Of a stretch of 64,000 bases of DNA, positions 30,101 through 39,088 are shown in pieces. Each line of letters starts with the position of its first letter. The stretch's first letter is position 1. The stretch is taken from NCBI GenBank assembly GCA_965240325.2, contig OZ251232.1, forward strand, positions 1,116,001 through 1,180,000, in the 5' to 3' direction. Source of the DNA: Rebecca billardiae RCC1528. Taxonomy: Eukaryota; Protista; Haptophyta. The notes under the pieces are model-generated. The model saw only the letters and a program-made list of their open reading frames with translations. It was not told the DNA's origin and made no database searches. The translations under genes were made by a program, and so were the position numbers.

Positions 30101-31365
30101 ACCATGGGCAGGGTGCCCAGCCAACCCTGCACGAGTTCGCCGGGCCGCTCAGGGCTGCAGCGAGCTACGGGGCCGATGGCAGGCTCGCCGCCGGTGGGGC
30201 GTCGAGGTACTGGCCCACTGTCATGATACCCGCGGTTGCGGCCGTCATGGGGCGTGACATCGCAGTGTTCCAGCCGCGCGCCAGCCAGACTGCCCCTGCC
30301 GGTGGGACAGCAGGCAGGCCCGAGAGCTCGGATGCAGTCGGGCACCTGGTGGCGTGCACGCTGTATAGGCACGTGCCGCGGTGGTCCAGCATGAACAACC
30401 CAGTGTATACGGACCCCCAACGCTGGCAACACCCGCAAGGGGGCCCTGCAGGTGCTCCCGCGGATCCGCGCCAGCAACAGTCGGTACGCGAACGCCTCCT
30501 TGCGCGTGACCCAACTCTTGCAGCAGTGTACTTTGATGGCACCGGGCACTACGAGCCTGTGCTGCCGCTGCCGAGCCGACCGGGTCTCGAGGACAGGGAG
30601 CGCTGCCCCACAAGCAATCGGCGCGGCAAACAGCCCAGGGACCGGCCGGACGACTGCCCTGAGGACCATGGCACAGGTGCTGGTGATGGGCCGCGGCGGT
30701 TGCCGGACAGCTCTGCGCTGCCTCCGCCCAGCACCGCTGCAGGCGCCGGCAAGCGCCCTATGCACAGGGCCTGCACAGGCCGCCCCCAGTCACCGGTGGC
30801 ACTCGCCCCCCCGCTTGGACACCCCCCGGGGTGTAGCCAGGGAGGTGCCAGCAGCAGCGCCGGCGCTCAAGCACCACCCGTCGCGCCGCGTGGCGACCCC
30901 CCCGTGGTGGGGCGTGGCCCGCCGGCCAAACGGAGCCGCCCGGATTCCGATACCCTGCAGCAGCCTCTCTGGCCTGGCGCCCCCGCTCCTGACCAGCCCA
31001 GACCCCCGACGCCTGCGGTGCCGGAGGCCCCGCCCCTACGCAAGTCTGCCAGGCTGTGCCAGCGCCGCACGCGCGGCGCGGCCATGACTGCAGCTCCACA
31101 CCGGCAAAACGACGCTTCGCGCGCACCCGGCGCGCCGACACAGCCTGCCCGGGAGAAGCCAGCCGGGCCTGACCTTGGGCAGCAGCCATACATGCAGGCC
31201 AGCATGAGCGGCGGGGTGGCATCAGAGCCGGCCCCGGCCCGCAAACGCAAACAGCCGGACGCCCCGGCCCACACAGCTGATGCGCCAGCAAACCCTGCTC
31301 CGGGCCACAGAACCCTGCCGCCGGCTTTGAGGCCGACACGCCACACTGGGGCACATATCACCTGA
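27112..31365 (+). CDS. LINE ORF C-terminal part: RNase H, CCHC zinc finger, OTU-like cysteine protease (RT missing)
   Basis: RNase H VDGSY, SAQNSEIAAA, WDCD, NLCADWAS. Zinc finger CLFC...DSVHHVFHQCP. OTU-like HGDCLLLA...YWPTVMIPAVAAVMGRDIAVF...YFDGTGHYEPV. Confidence 0.75.
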   Translation: MHSPGFAPAAYPPFVEGGLRALNTCPAGAARWAPATYRELALLTLREVCGSRVEHIMDTYSNRLSLRKRSSRTARLNAILDMTVGATIEMAVPRAGPNLPGRAHTSMLEESILRDGGTSAAQMIRATNGGAAAAVLSLFTADGRRALRAYDPAQEWMCGRLAHALLDGLVDNWLTAPENFLLTGHLGPADRAAAHEREIPTDGRLPVRGLLADTDRLMAGVDGSYVPGRGQGAAAVAYALPLTPGGERHAITIFTATYPGEQSAQNSEIAAATLGVKVLSTIGVRHAHIGWDCDTALHHTLRARPDLTAPGESVPRQGTGTAAKLLSGSPHMVRLLRLLDICVPPASGHQWAFRHQQAGHAELDRLVGNTLAPRWSALDNAFCVSSAQCEALLRIVLGHAPGTPREAALRTVCNLCADWASKQVARGDRQASFALGPMVWLPYRVSLMEHGSATLLPSCPNQVRTRVMDRARRAALEAHAATPAAAAKYRLKLAGPDSDQEPDHQGGTPLPCDVRESTHSLQNQWCRERISKFVLRCAVGALVYNADAVAATPALAGVRRRCTSSRATYALGTECLFCLKAGDPNPGPDSVHHVFHQCPHAHAQRNAEDRVGAAIRKAANGAIPQPEATRLAVQATLHPFYYAGKVTEATVTAVKQALAAHQPPGGQPVPYAAGMIHKPLALAASKIHDERRALSLSSAYAKTYDLDKYWALLHKQGRAAASQAEPAPAAEVAEPGPPAEDSPAPDELLQQQPAAAAPPAADAPASDAQAPAALGPGLAPAAASHPLPAQLLGPVPEGAAAGPPAAAHAGLAGAAMHGAQRGSRRRPRSPDADALAHQDDNGASGPPAQQRRLAAAAGSTPRTAGPPIDDVAAGHSQHPAHRRPSVRLPPMPAYVAVQPQWREAATELLAAVGHAVYPTCMHGDCLLLAAMGYVEERAAAVGPCTAAYQAVRFLRAAAVDWVLGTARLSRTHRLQLGLVDADGLEAISMSDSYRATYHGQGAQPTLHEFAGPLRAAASYGADGRLAAGGASRYWPTVMIPAVAAVMGRDIAVFQPRASQTAPAGGTAGRPESSDAVGHLVACTLYRHVPRWSSMNNPVYTDPQRWQHPQGGPAGAPADPRQQQSVRERLLARDPTLAAVYFDGTGHYEPVLPLPSRPGLEDRERCPTSNRRGKQPRDRPDDCPEDHGTGAGDGPRRLPDSSALPPPSTAAGAGKRPMHRACTGRPQSPVALAPPLGHPPGCSQGGASSSAGAQAPPVAPRGDPPVVGRGPPAKRSRPDSDTLQQPLWPGAPAPDQPRPPTPAVPEAPPLRKSARLCQRRTRGAAMTAAPHRQNDASRAPGAPTQPAREKPAGPDLGQQPYMQASMSGGVASEPAPARKRKQPDAPAHTADAPANPAPGHRTLPPALRPTRHTGAHIT

Positions 31366-31676
31366 GGGCCGGGCCTTCTGTGTGATAAGCTACCCCAGTC
31401 ATGCCGCTTGATACACACCTTCCCCAACTGACAGTGGGGCTCTACATTCCCTACTACATCCTCATCCTGTCGGCGCGCTGTCGCATCGGCGCCCAGTCGG
31501 CGAGTTCGGACGACGACGTTTTGTGGACGACGGTGGGGCGAGGACGACGGGCGCTGGCGCGCCGCGAGGCGGCCGCAGCCCTCATCCAGGCCTCGCAGGC
31601 GGACGGCTGAACGAATTTTTCCGGCGGCGCTACCATCGGCGACGGCTTCATGGGCGGTGACAGTTGGCGGGCGTCA

Positions 31677-31725
31677 ATCTCGCCTGCCTGAGCTGTGTGC
31701 GTCTCTTATTCTTAGTAAACTGTAG
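31677..31725 (+). repeat. 49-bp unit, copy 2 (3' terminus of the LINE insertion)
   Basis: ATCTCGCCTGCCTGAGCTGTGTGCGTCTCTTATTCTTAGTAAACTGTAG. Confidence 0.9.
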
Positions 31726-31808
31726 CTTGGCGGCTGAAATTGCTCAGCGCCTTGGAATTAAAGTCTCGAGCTGGGGAATGGCGCCGATGGCTGCCTTGGA
31801 CTTTGACA
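31723..31808 (-). repeat. Copia 5' LTR, outer piece
   Basis: Matches 10500-10585 and is followed by the TSD TATAT. Confidence 0.95.
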
Positions 31809-32286
31809 TATATATATATTATATACGACCTACTGTCAGGCACCGCCATCGCGTGCGCCGACGTCCCACTCGGCCACGTGCGCCACGCGACTGGAAACTA
31901 TTCACGACCGCGATGGGGTCGCCGTTTTCGGCCGCCGCTCCAACGCGCGGACTGCATCCGCGTAGGCGCTCCGGGTGCATTCTGCGCCCTCGTACTCGTC
32001 GACGGCGCCGACCTCGCCGCGTTGAATGGTTTCCCAGTTCGAGATTGGAGCCTGTCTGGTGCGTCAGAACCGCTCCCGCATGCCAGGTCCGCGCGGCGCT
32101 CTGTGGGCAAGCGAGCCTGCCGAGGCGCAGCGAGTCCGGTGCGGCTGTCGAGTACACGTCGTCGAGCGCAAGCGCCAAGTCGCAGCAAGGCCCGACGGCT
32201 CGTCCGAGTGCCGGCTGTTTGTTACGTAATCTATTATTAGCACTGCTATACTACTAGCTTAGTGCGGCAACAGATCGAGGCCGGTC

Positions 32287-32340
32287 GTGTGTGTGTGTGT
32301 GTGTGTACGTGTGTGTGTGTGTACGTGTGTGTGTGTGTGT
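32287..32340. repeat. (GT)n microsatellite
   Basis: Read directly. Confidence 0.95.
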
Positions 32341-32750
32341 AGCCGTCCTCGTGAAGTCGTGAACGCCGACGCCAAGTGCTGGCCGAAGGTGAGCACGCCT
32401 GGCATAGCCGTCTGCCGAGGCGGCTGCGTGTGTTCCTACTCAGTGGGGTTTACGTGTCCTCATGCAATAATGGCGAGCGGCAGCAGATGCGGTGGGCATG
32501 CCGCTCGCCGTCGACGAGACGCGGTGCGTGTGCCAGTGTCAGAAGCCGATGATGCGGCCCGGCCCCTGCGATCTTTGCCTTTGGCCGGAGACATAAAACC
32601 CCGGACGGACTGTTTGTCCAGAAGCAGCTCTTTGTTTGAGGTATACTGGTCCGGTAGAGGGCGATGGAGCTGATGTGAGCGGCGCTGGCGCCCGGCGTTC
32701 TTGTCGTCGTCTGAGACAATATCAGTTATTGTACCAAGAACCCCCCATGT
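32341..32750 (+). repeat. ~410-bp dispersed repeat (family B), copy 1
   Basis: Homologous to 35185-35399 plus ~36105-36255, and partly to 46808-46865. Confidence 0.75.
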
Positions 32751-33038
32751 ATATGCTATATTTATGATATATATGTGATATATATATATCATATATATAT
32801 GCTACACTACAGCCAGTACATGCAGGAATAACAGGTCAGCGCCTGCATCAACGTGCAGTACGAATCAGAGCGGTGGCTCGTCATCTGAGTGGGCTGGCCA
32901 GTGGCTCAAAGTCAAGGCGGCGCGCATCATGAGTGAGCATGCTGCATGCATGTCACAATCATGCTTCCAGTTCCTCACTGCTCAGCCGCCCCTCGTGCCT
33001 CGCCGCTCGCGCTGATCGCATCGCGCGCTAGGCGGGTG

Positions 33039-33089
33039 CTACAGTTTACTAAGAATAAGAGGTGTGCACACAGCTCAGGCAGGCGAGAT
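33039..33089 (-). repeat. 49-bp unit, copy 3 (51-bp variant)
   Basis: Flanked by CTAGGCGGGTGCT (33028-33040) and CTAGGCCGGTGCT (33093-33105), a 12/13 TSD-like duplication. Confidence 0.85.
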
Positions 33090-33531
33090 TCACTAGGCCG
33101 GTGCTGAATGCTCTCATTCCAACGAGGCGACGACTCTTCACTCGGGCGGCCACCTCAGTCAGCACTGTCACATAATGCCATTATTGACTGATTGAGTTGA
33201 CATGCGCTCTTAGATCGTGTCAGGCGCGGCCAAGTCGACGACAGTGACGACACGGAGCAAGGAGCATGCCAGCGTTGCGAAGCAACGCGCCGCTTTCGCA
33301 CGGCAACTCGACGACCGAAGCGCCGCACGCCGCGCACGCGCCAACGGCAAACGCCCGACGCTTAGCGCCCCTCGCCAAGTTTTTGCTGCTAATTTTATTT
33401 GCATTTTATTCCGCGCCCGCGCGTTTTTGCGGTACGAAACCGCCTGGCACTAGTTCTGGCAGCCCCGTGCGTCCGCTGGCAATCTGGAAATCGGAGATGC
33501 CTGGCCGGCTTCTCGGCGGCTACAGAGGTCA

Positions 33532-34977
33532 ATGGCGGCCATTTCGCGCAAGCGACCCACGCGGGGGGGGCTGCTGCCCGTGTCCCTCAGCGCCGTCCTC
33601 GTCGCGCACGCCGTGCACGCTGCAGCGTTTGCGCAGGTGGTCTTCACCGCTGCCGCCCCTCCAGCTCCATCGTACTGCCCGCTGGCGCGCTCCCCAGCGG
33701 ACGCGGGCGCACGGCTGCGCGCTCACCACAAGGCGCTTGCGAGCTGCCCGACCGTGGCGACATGGTGCTACCAGCCCAGTGTCGTGCACGCAGCGCCGCG
33801 TGACCTCGCGTCCGAAGCCGGCTGGACGAGCGCTCAGCTCCCTGCCCGCGAGTCATGCGATTGGCCGCAGCCGCGCTCGTGCTCACGCAAGCGCTCGAGC
33901 TTGCGCTTCGACGACATGCGGCGTGATGATATGGGCATGCGCGGGCTCGGCAGCCGCGAGGCCGGCCTGATCGCCTACACCGTCTTCAAGGGCGGGTCCA
34001 CGTCGATAGAGCAGTGGTTTCGCCGCTGCTTCAACGACTCGTCCCGGCTGCGCGACGAGGCGCTGCCCATGCGCACGGGCGAGCTGGTGCTGCACATTGC
34101 GATGGCAGCCAGCCCGATTCGCCGCGCCACGTCAGCCCTCGCCGAGATCCTTCGGTGGGCATCCAAACCGTACGAGCTGCGTGCGGGCACGCGTGCGCAG
34201 CTGCCCTCGTCTCGCTGGCTCCTCAACGTCCTCGGCTCGCGACGCCGCGCCGAGCTCGACGCTGCGCACTCGGGCGGCGTGGGCGAGTGGCCGCGCGCCG
34301 TGTACGACGAGATCCTAAGCGGGATCGAGGCCGAGCACGACGATTGGATGCTCGCGGGGCTCGGGCCGCGCCGTGCACATGTCCTGCACTTCATCGCGGC
34401 GGCGTGTCGCGCGGCTGCTGGCGTGGGCTCCGCGCGCGACGAGCTGCGCAAGCTGAAGCACCGCGAGGAGCCCAGGCTGCGCTCCTTCCTGCACGCGGTC
34501 GAGTGCTCGTACGCGTCCTTCAACGCCAAGCACGCGCTCAGCGCGACCGTGCACGCAGTCTCGAGCTTCGATGCCAACGCACGCGCACTGGCACCGGCTG
34601 AGCAGTACCTGGCTCGGGGTCCGACGATGACGCGGCGCGTGACGCCGCAGGCGCAACACCTCGTCCACAGCGAGGCGCTGCGCGAGGAGCTCGAGGCGGC
34701 ACTGCGCTCAGCGGGCATGGCGGCCACGCTGGAGCGCTGCGGCCTCCCCGGCCGCGCCAATCAAGCGCAAGACAAGGGCCAGGACTCGGTCAGCTCCACG
34801 CAAGCCCGCGACGAGCTGCTCTGGGACCGGCCCGAGCTGATGCAGATGGTGTGCCGTGCATACTTCCAGGACTTTGTGTGCTACGGGTACGAGCTGCCGC
34901 CTGCATGCAACGACACGCTGCATCCAGGCTGGAGGTGTCCGCCCGCCATGTATAGCCGCCCGTATCGGGTGGCATAA
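33532..34977 (+). CDS. Carbohydrate sulfotransferase (Sulfotransfer_2/CHST-like), type II membrane or secreted
   Basis: N-terminal hydrophobic segment; 5'-PSB-like YTVFKGGSTSI; 3'-PB-like SPIRRATSALAE; C-terminal VCRAYFQDFVCYGYELP. Confidence 0.75.
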   Translation: MAAISRKRPTRGGLLPVSLSAVLVAHAVHAAAFAQVVFTAAAPPAPSYCPLARSPADAGARLRAHHKALASCPTVATWCYQPSVVHAAPRDLASEAGWTSAQLPARESCDWPQPRSCSRKRSSLRFDDMRRDDMGMRGLGSREAGLIAYTVFKGGSTSIEQWFRRCFNDSSRLRDEALPMRTGELVLHIAMAASPIRRATSALAEILRWASKPYELRAGTRAQLPSSRWLLNVLGSRRRAELDAAHSGGVGEWPRAVYDEILSGIEAEHDDWMLAGLGPRRAHVLHFIAAACRAAAGVGSARDELRKLKHREEPRLRSFLHAVECSYASFNAKHALSATVHAVSSFDANARALAPAEQYLARGPTMTRRVTPQAQHLVHSEALREELEAALRSAGMAATLERCGLPGRANQAQDKGQDSVSSTQARDELLWDRPELMQMVCRAYFQDFVCYGYELPPACNDTLHPGWRCPPAMYSRPYRVA

Positions 34978-35184
34978 CGGCGGCCGCGCCATCCAATCAT
35001 TGTCGTCATCCATCATTGGAATCCATCATGGCCCGCTGTGCAGGGCAGTAGTCTTCGTCGGAAGAGCCCGCGCGCAGCTGGCCCTCATCAGGCCTCATTG
35101 GCAGTCATCCCTTATGACATCACTTAACCGAACGCGCGGACGTCGCGGGGGCCAGCTGAGTCGCAGAGCGTACTATGCAATCTA

Positions 35185-36255
35185 AGCCGTCCTCGTGAAC
35201 GCCGACGCCAACTGCTGGCCGAAGGTGCAAGGTGGGCACGCCGCCTGGCATGCCTGGCATGTCGATACTCGATGCCAGAGGCGGCTCGGCGTGTGTTCCT
35301 ACTCAGTGGGATTTACGTATGCATGTCCTCATGCCTTGGCGAGCGGCAGCAGATGCGGTGGGCATGCCGCTCGCCGTCGACGAGACGCGGTGCGTGAGTG
35401 ATCCCGTTTCATGGTGTGTTGGGGAGCACCGCGTGGAGGAGAATCCCATTGAGTCCCAGGATGGGAAGGAAAGGGGCAAGGCACGTGTGAGTCGCGCACG
35501 GCACGAGGGCCGGCCAGCGGGGGCTGGGCAGGTGGGGCAGTGCGAGTGAGACGGAACCCGAAGAGGAGAGATAGCAGGCAGCCGGCCCCGCGGGCGCGGC
35601 GCTGCGGAAGCAGGAGAAGGCTAGACGGCCTTTGCGGATGCTGTGAATGCGGCCCGCAGGTGCGCACGGGGCCCGCGGCGCGCGGTGTGCCGCCAGCGGT
35701 CCTTGTGTAGGAGCCGGCTGGCGTTGGCACCGGGGCGATCCAGAGGCAGGGCGGGAGAGATGGAGCAGCGATCCGCGTGGGGGCGCACCCACGGAGGAGG
35801 AGGCATGTGGCGAAGAGGGAACGGTGCGATCGGGGGTGCTGAATGACAGGGTGCGCACGCACGCAGAGAGAGAAAGAAGAGTTAGAGGCGGTGGCCCGAA
35901 GCGCGAGGGGGCGCGATGCGGAGCGTTGCTTACCGCTGAGTTGCCGAAAGATGTTGGTCGGTGCACGCGACGCGCCACCCGCGTGCGAGCCGCCGCCGCC
36001 GGCGACGCAGGGCCACGAGCCCGGCTGCAGCCATCTGGCGCGCGCCCGCGCCTGGCGAAGCAGCCAGGGGGCGCCGGATTCCCCGGAAATAGATCTCCGA
36101 GGCGACAAACCCGGACAGACTGTTTGTCCGGGAGCAGCCCTTTGAGGCGATATGGTCTGGTAGAGGGCGATGTGGCTGATGAGCGGCGCTGGCGCCCGGC
36201 GTTCTCGTCGTCCTCTTAGACAATCAGTTTAATTGTACCAATAACCCCACTTATA
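35185..36255 (+). repeat. Family B repeat, copy 2, interrupted by ~700 bp (35400-36100)
   Basis: Both halves align to 32341-32750. Confidence 0.7.
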
Positions 36256-36365
36256 TAGATTGACTGGATCATATATCATGCTGGATCGGGATGTGGGGCG
36301 CAAGCGACTTGGGGGCGGCGCCCTCAGCGCCCGCGTGTCTGCCGCCGACCAGCGGATTGATGCGG

Positions 36366-36367
<2 letters not shown>

Positions 36368-36445
<78 letters not shown>
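36368..36445. repeat. (GT)n(TA)n microsatellite
   Basis: Read directly. Confidence 0.95.
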
Positions 36446-36448
<3 letters not shown>

Positions 36449-36984
36449 TATTATGATCTCGTCAGATCTGCATGCTCTGATAGTCTGATGCAGCTATGCC
36501 GAGTCGCATTGGCCATCAGGGCACTCACCAGGTCAGGCCCAATGAGGCCGCATGCAGCCCCCCGCACGGGCAGAACTCTCAACTCAGCTTAGGCTGGCCC
36601 GAAGCAGGGCCCCTGCTCGGGGGAGGGCTGAGAACTCGGCCTGGCAGCGCCCAGCTGAGACTGGGAGGGGGGAGGGGGGGGAGCTCAACCAGCCAGATCT
36701 ACCAGGCCCAGCAGAGTCATGACTACCATCTCCCACGTACCAAGTCCGCCCGCCGCTGTCCGGTACCGGAACCAGGTCTCCAACTGCGAGTTCAACTACT
36801 ACTAACTACGGCGGCCACAACTACATCATCTCGGACACCAGCTGCTGACTGCTGAGCAAGTACTGTACTACGCTACAACACCAGCATCCACCACGACCAG
36901 CCGATGACCAAGTAGGCGACACCATCTTCCACTTCCAGAATCCAGTTCCACCAGCTGCTGACCTGGAAGTAGGTGACACCCTTG

Positions 36985-37232
36985 CCGACACCAACCAACA
37001 TGCTCACCCGTCTTTGATGACTTGGTACCCATGCACTTCCTGGCGGTCCTGACGACGTCGACGACGACAACAACATCAACCCTGGCGACCAATAACATCA
37101 ACGTGCTCACACCACCGCTGCTGCAAGCTTCGACCAGTACGTACCACGACAGACGAATCAGGAGAGAGCGCTGCGCGCCCCTCTCGTGCCTGTGTCTTTT
37201 AAAAACATATCGTCAGCATAGAATTTTAGTTA
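36985..37232 (+). mobile_element. Family A retroposon-like 3' fragment
   Basis: Diverged reverse-complement match to 5009-5230. Confidence 0.65.
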
Positions 37233-39088
37233 GTCAGCCAGTAGTTCTTCGTCACGCATTGGAAAAAAGGTCACATACTGGAGATATACGACCTCAATCT
37301 CGACGCGATCTCGGCAACATTAGTACTAGTTATAGGGGGGCCAAAGTGGCACTGTAGCGTTACTGACGGCCACGAGCGCGGGTCCTAGCGAGTGTTTAGA
37401 GCTGATTTCGGGCTGGATCATTTGCCCTCTGGAGGGGTCTGGGCCGGCCATGTAAAAAAATCAGGTGCACATACCCTGATTATAGGGCACGTAACGGCTA
37501 CCATATTTACTTATTAGAATGAGCCTGAACTTATTGGAAACGGCATGTAACGGTCGTCCTATATGTGACATATAGACCATGTCGACCTCAGTTTGATAGA
37601 GCATCTCGGCGTGAGATCGTTCTGAGTCCCCAGCAGCAGCAGGTCCCAACATGCGATATAGGCGGTGTACTGGCAGGCTGTCAAATATGTAGTTTCCTGG
37701 AAGCCACTGGTCGTTACATACCCACCGTGTATATAGGCGCCATGCTGATGAATACAGTCTCGTCTGATCTCGAGCTGCGAGATACGTTTTCAGACTGTGT
37801 ATACGGCCACGCGTACGGCGTATTGCAGACATAGTAGACCCAAAGCACCGGCCCCACGTCCTCAGCCCGGGAGTGCTCTCGGTCATCGTCAAGGTTTAAA
37901 GTCACTCGAGCCAACCGTCACCGCTCCCTGGCCGAGACCTACGAGGCAGGTCAAATCTGTCGTCGTCGCAGTGCGGCACAGTGCCGAGCATGCGATTCGG
38001 CAGCAAACGCCTGCTCCAGGCGGTGGCTGGCGTCTCTGCACCAAACCAGGCTGGATGGGATCGGTCCATATAGGTATGCCCTACCCTGTTCCGCGCTATT
38101 TCTGGGCTTTGGGGCGGATATTCGGCCTACAGAGGCTGATCCGGCGCTGTTCGGCGCTCCTGGCTGGCTGCGCAGAGCCCAACGGCAAGCGCCGGCGTGT
38201 GCAAGGTGTCAAGATTGAGAAGGTCTCTGACGCTCCCGCCGGTCTTGGGCGCACCAGGGTGCATGGGGGCCCATCTGCATCTGCTTCTGCAGGCATGAGC
38301 GTCACAGGGGCGCGCTTGCAGGCACGGTCGAGTGCACGTCGGACCTGTCGAACGGAGCCAACCGCTGCCTGCGAGCACGTCCGCGACGTCCTGAGAGGCG
38401 AATGGGAGGCGCCCCGACGCCATCAGCGGGCACACGTGACCCATACCCAACGTACTGACCATCGCAAGTGCCACGGCAGGTGCAAACACGGGCCCTACAA
38501 GCGGAACATGACAGTTGCGAGCTCCGCGGAGGTGTTGTGCGCGAGCTCGCGCCGGTCTGCTGACGGCGATTCCGGCGCAGTAGGGCAGGTTAGGCGAGCT
38601 TGGCATTCACAGACATACATGGACGATTGGTCCGAGCATCGATCTCATTGGTCCGAGTTGATCATGCGCCACACCGTGCGGTAGCGTAGCGGGCGTACGC
38701 AGCGCACCAATTCAAGCCGGCCGACGCGCGCCGCGCACGGCGCGAGGTGGCCAAGAAGCGGGTGGTGAGCCGCTGGTGGCGCAAAGGCACGGGTCAGTAG
38801 CGCCCACCAGCGTCACGCGCGCGCGCACCCGAGACCATATCGGCGTCTCAGAGGTCGCGAGCGCGCGGCGGTCCACTGCCTCCGGCCGCTCGTGCTCGAG
38901 CGGAACCGAGCTCTGAGCGCCCGAACGCGTCGGAGCTCGATTTTCGAGCGGGGTCCGAGAAAAAGGCTCCGCGCCACCCTAAAAGGCCGAAGGAGGAGCG
39001 AAAATGCGCCGCGGCTTTGATTTTCTTTTTATATTAACGACGTGGCAGCATCCGACAAGCGTCAGGCTCAGAGTGCAACAGACACATA

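Larger units (their letters stand above)
27111..31725 (+). mobile_element. 5'-truncated non-LTR retrotransposon (LINE)
   Basis: Interrupts the LTR at CTACTG|TAG with ACTG duplicated. The ORF is open from the junction. The 3' end has a stem-loop (31661-31695) and terminates in the 49-bp unit. Confidence 0.75.
10031..31808 (-). mobile_element. Full-length Ty1/Copia LTR retrotransposon with two nested insertions in its 5' LTR
   Basis: 3' LTR 10031-10585 (TG...CA on minus strand). 5' LTR reassembles from 17249-17641, 27034-27110 and 31723-31808. TSD TATAT at 10026-10030 and 31809-31813. PPT GAGGGGGCG at 10586-10594. Confidence 0.95.

Noticed and set aside
37461-38684. ORFs inside the TIR element as a transposase
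   Set aside because: No DDE or HTH motifs recognised.
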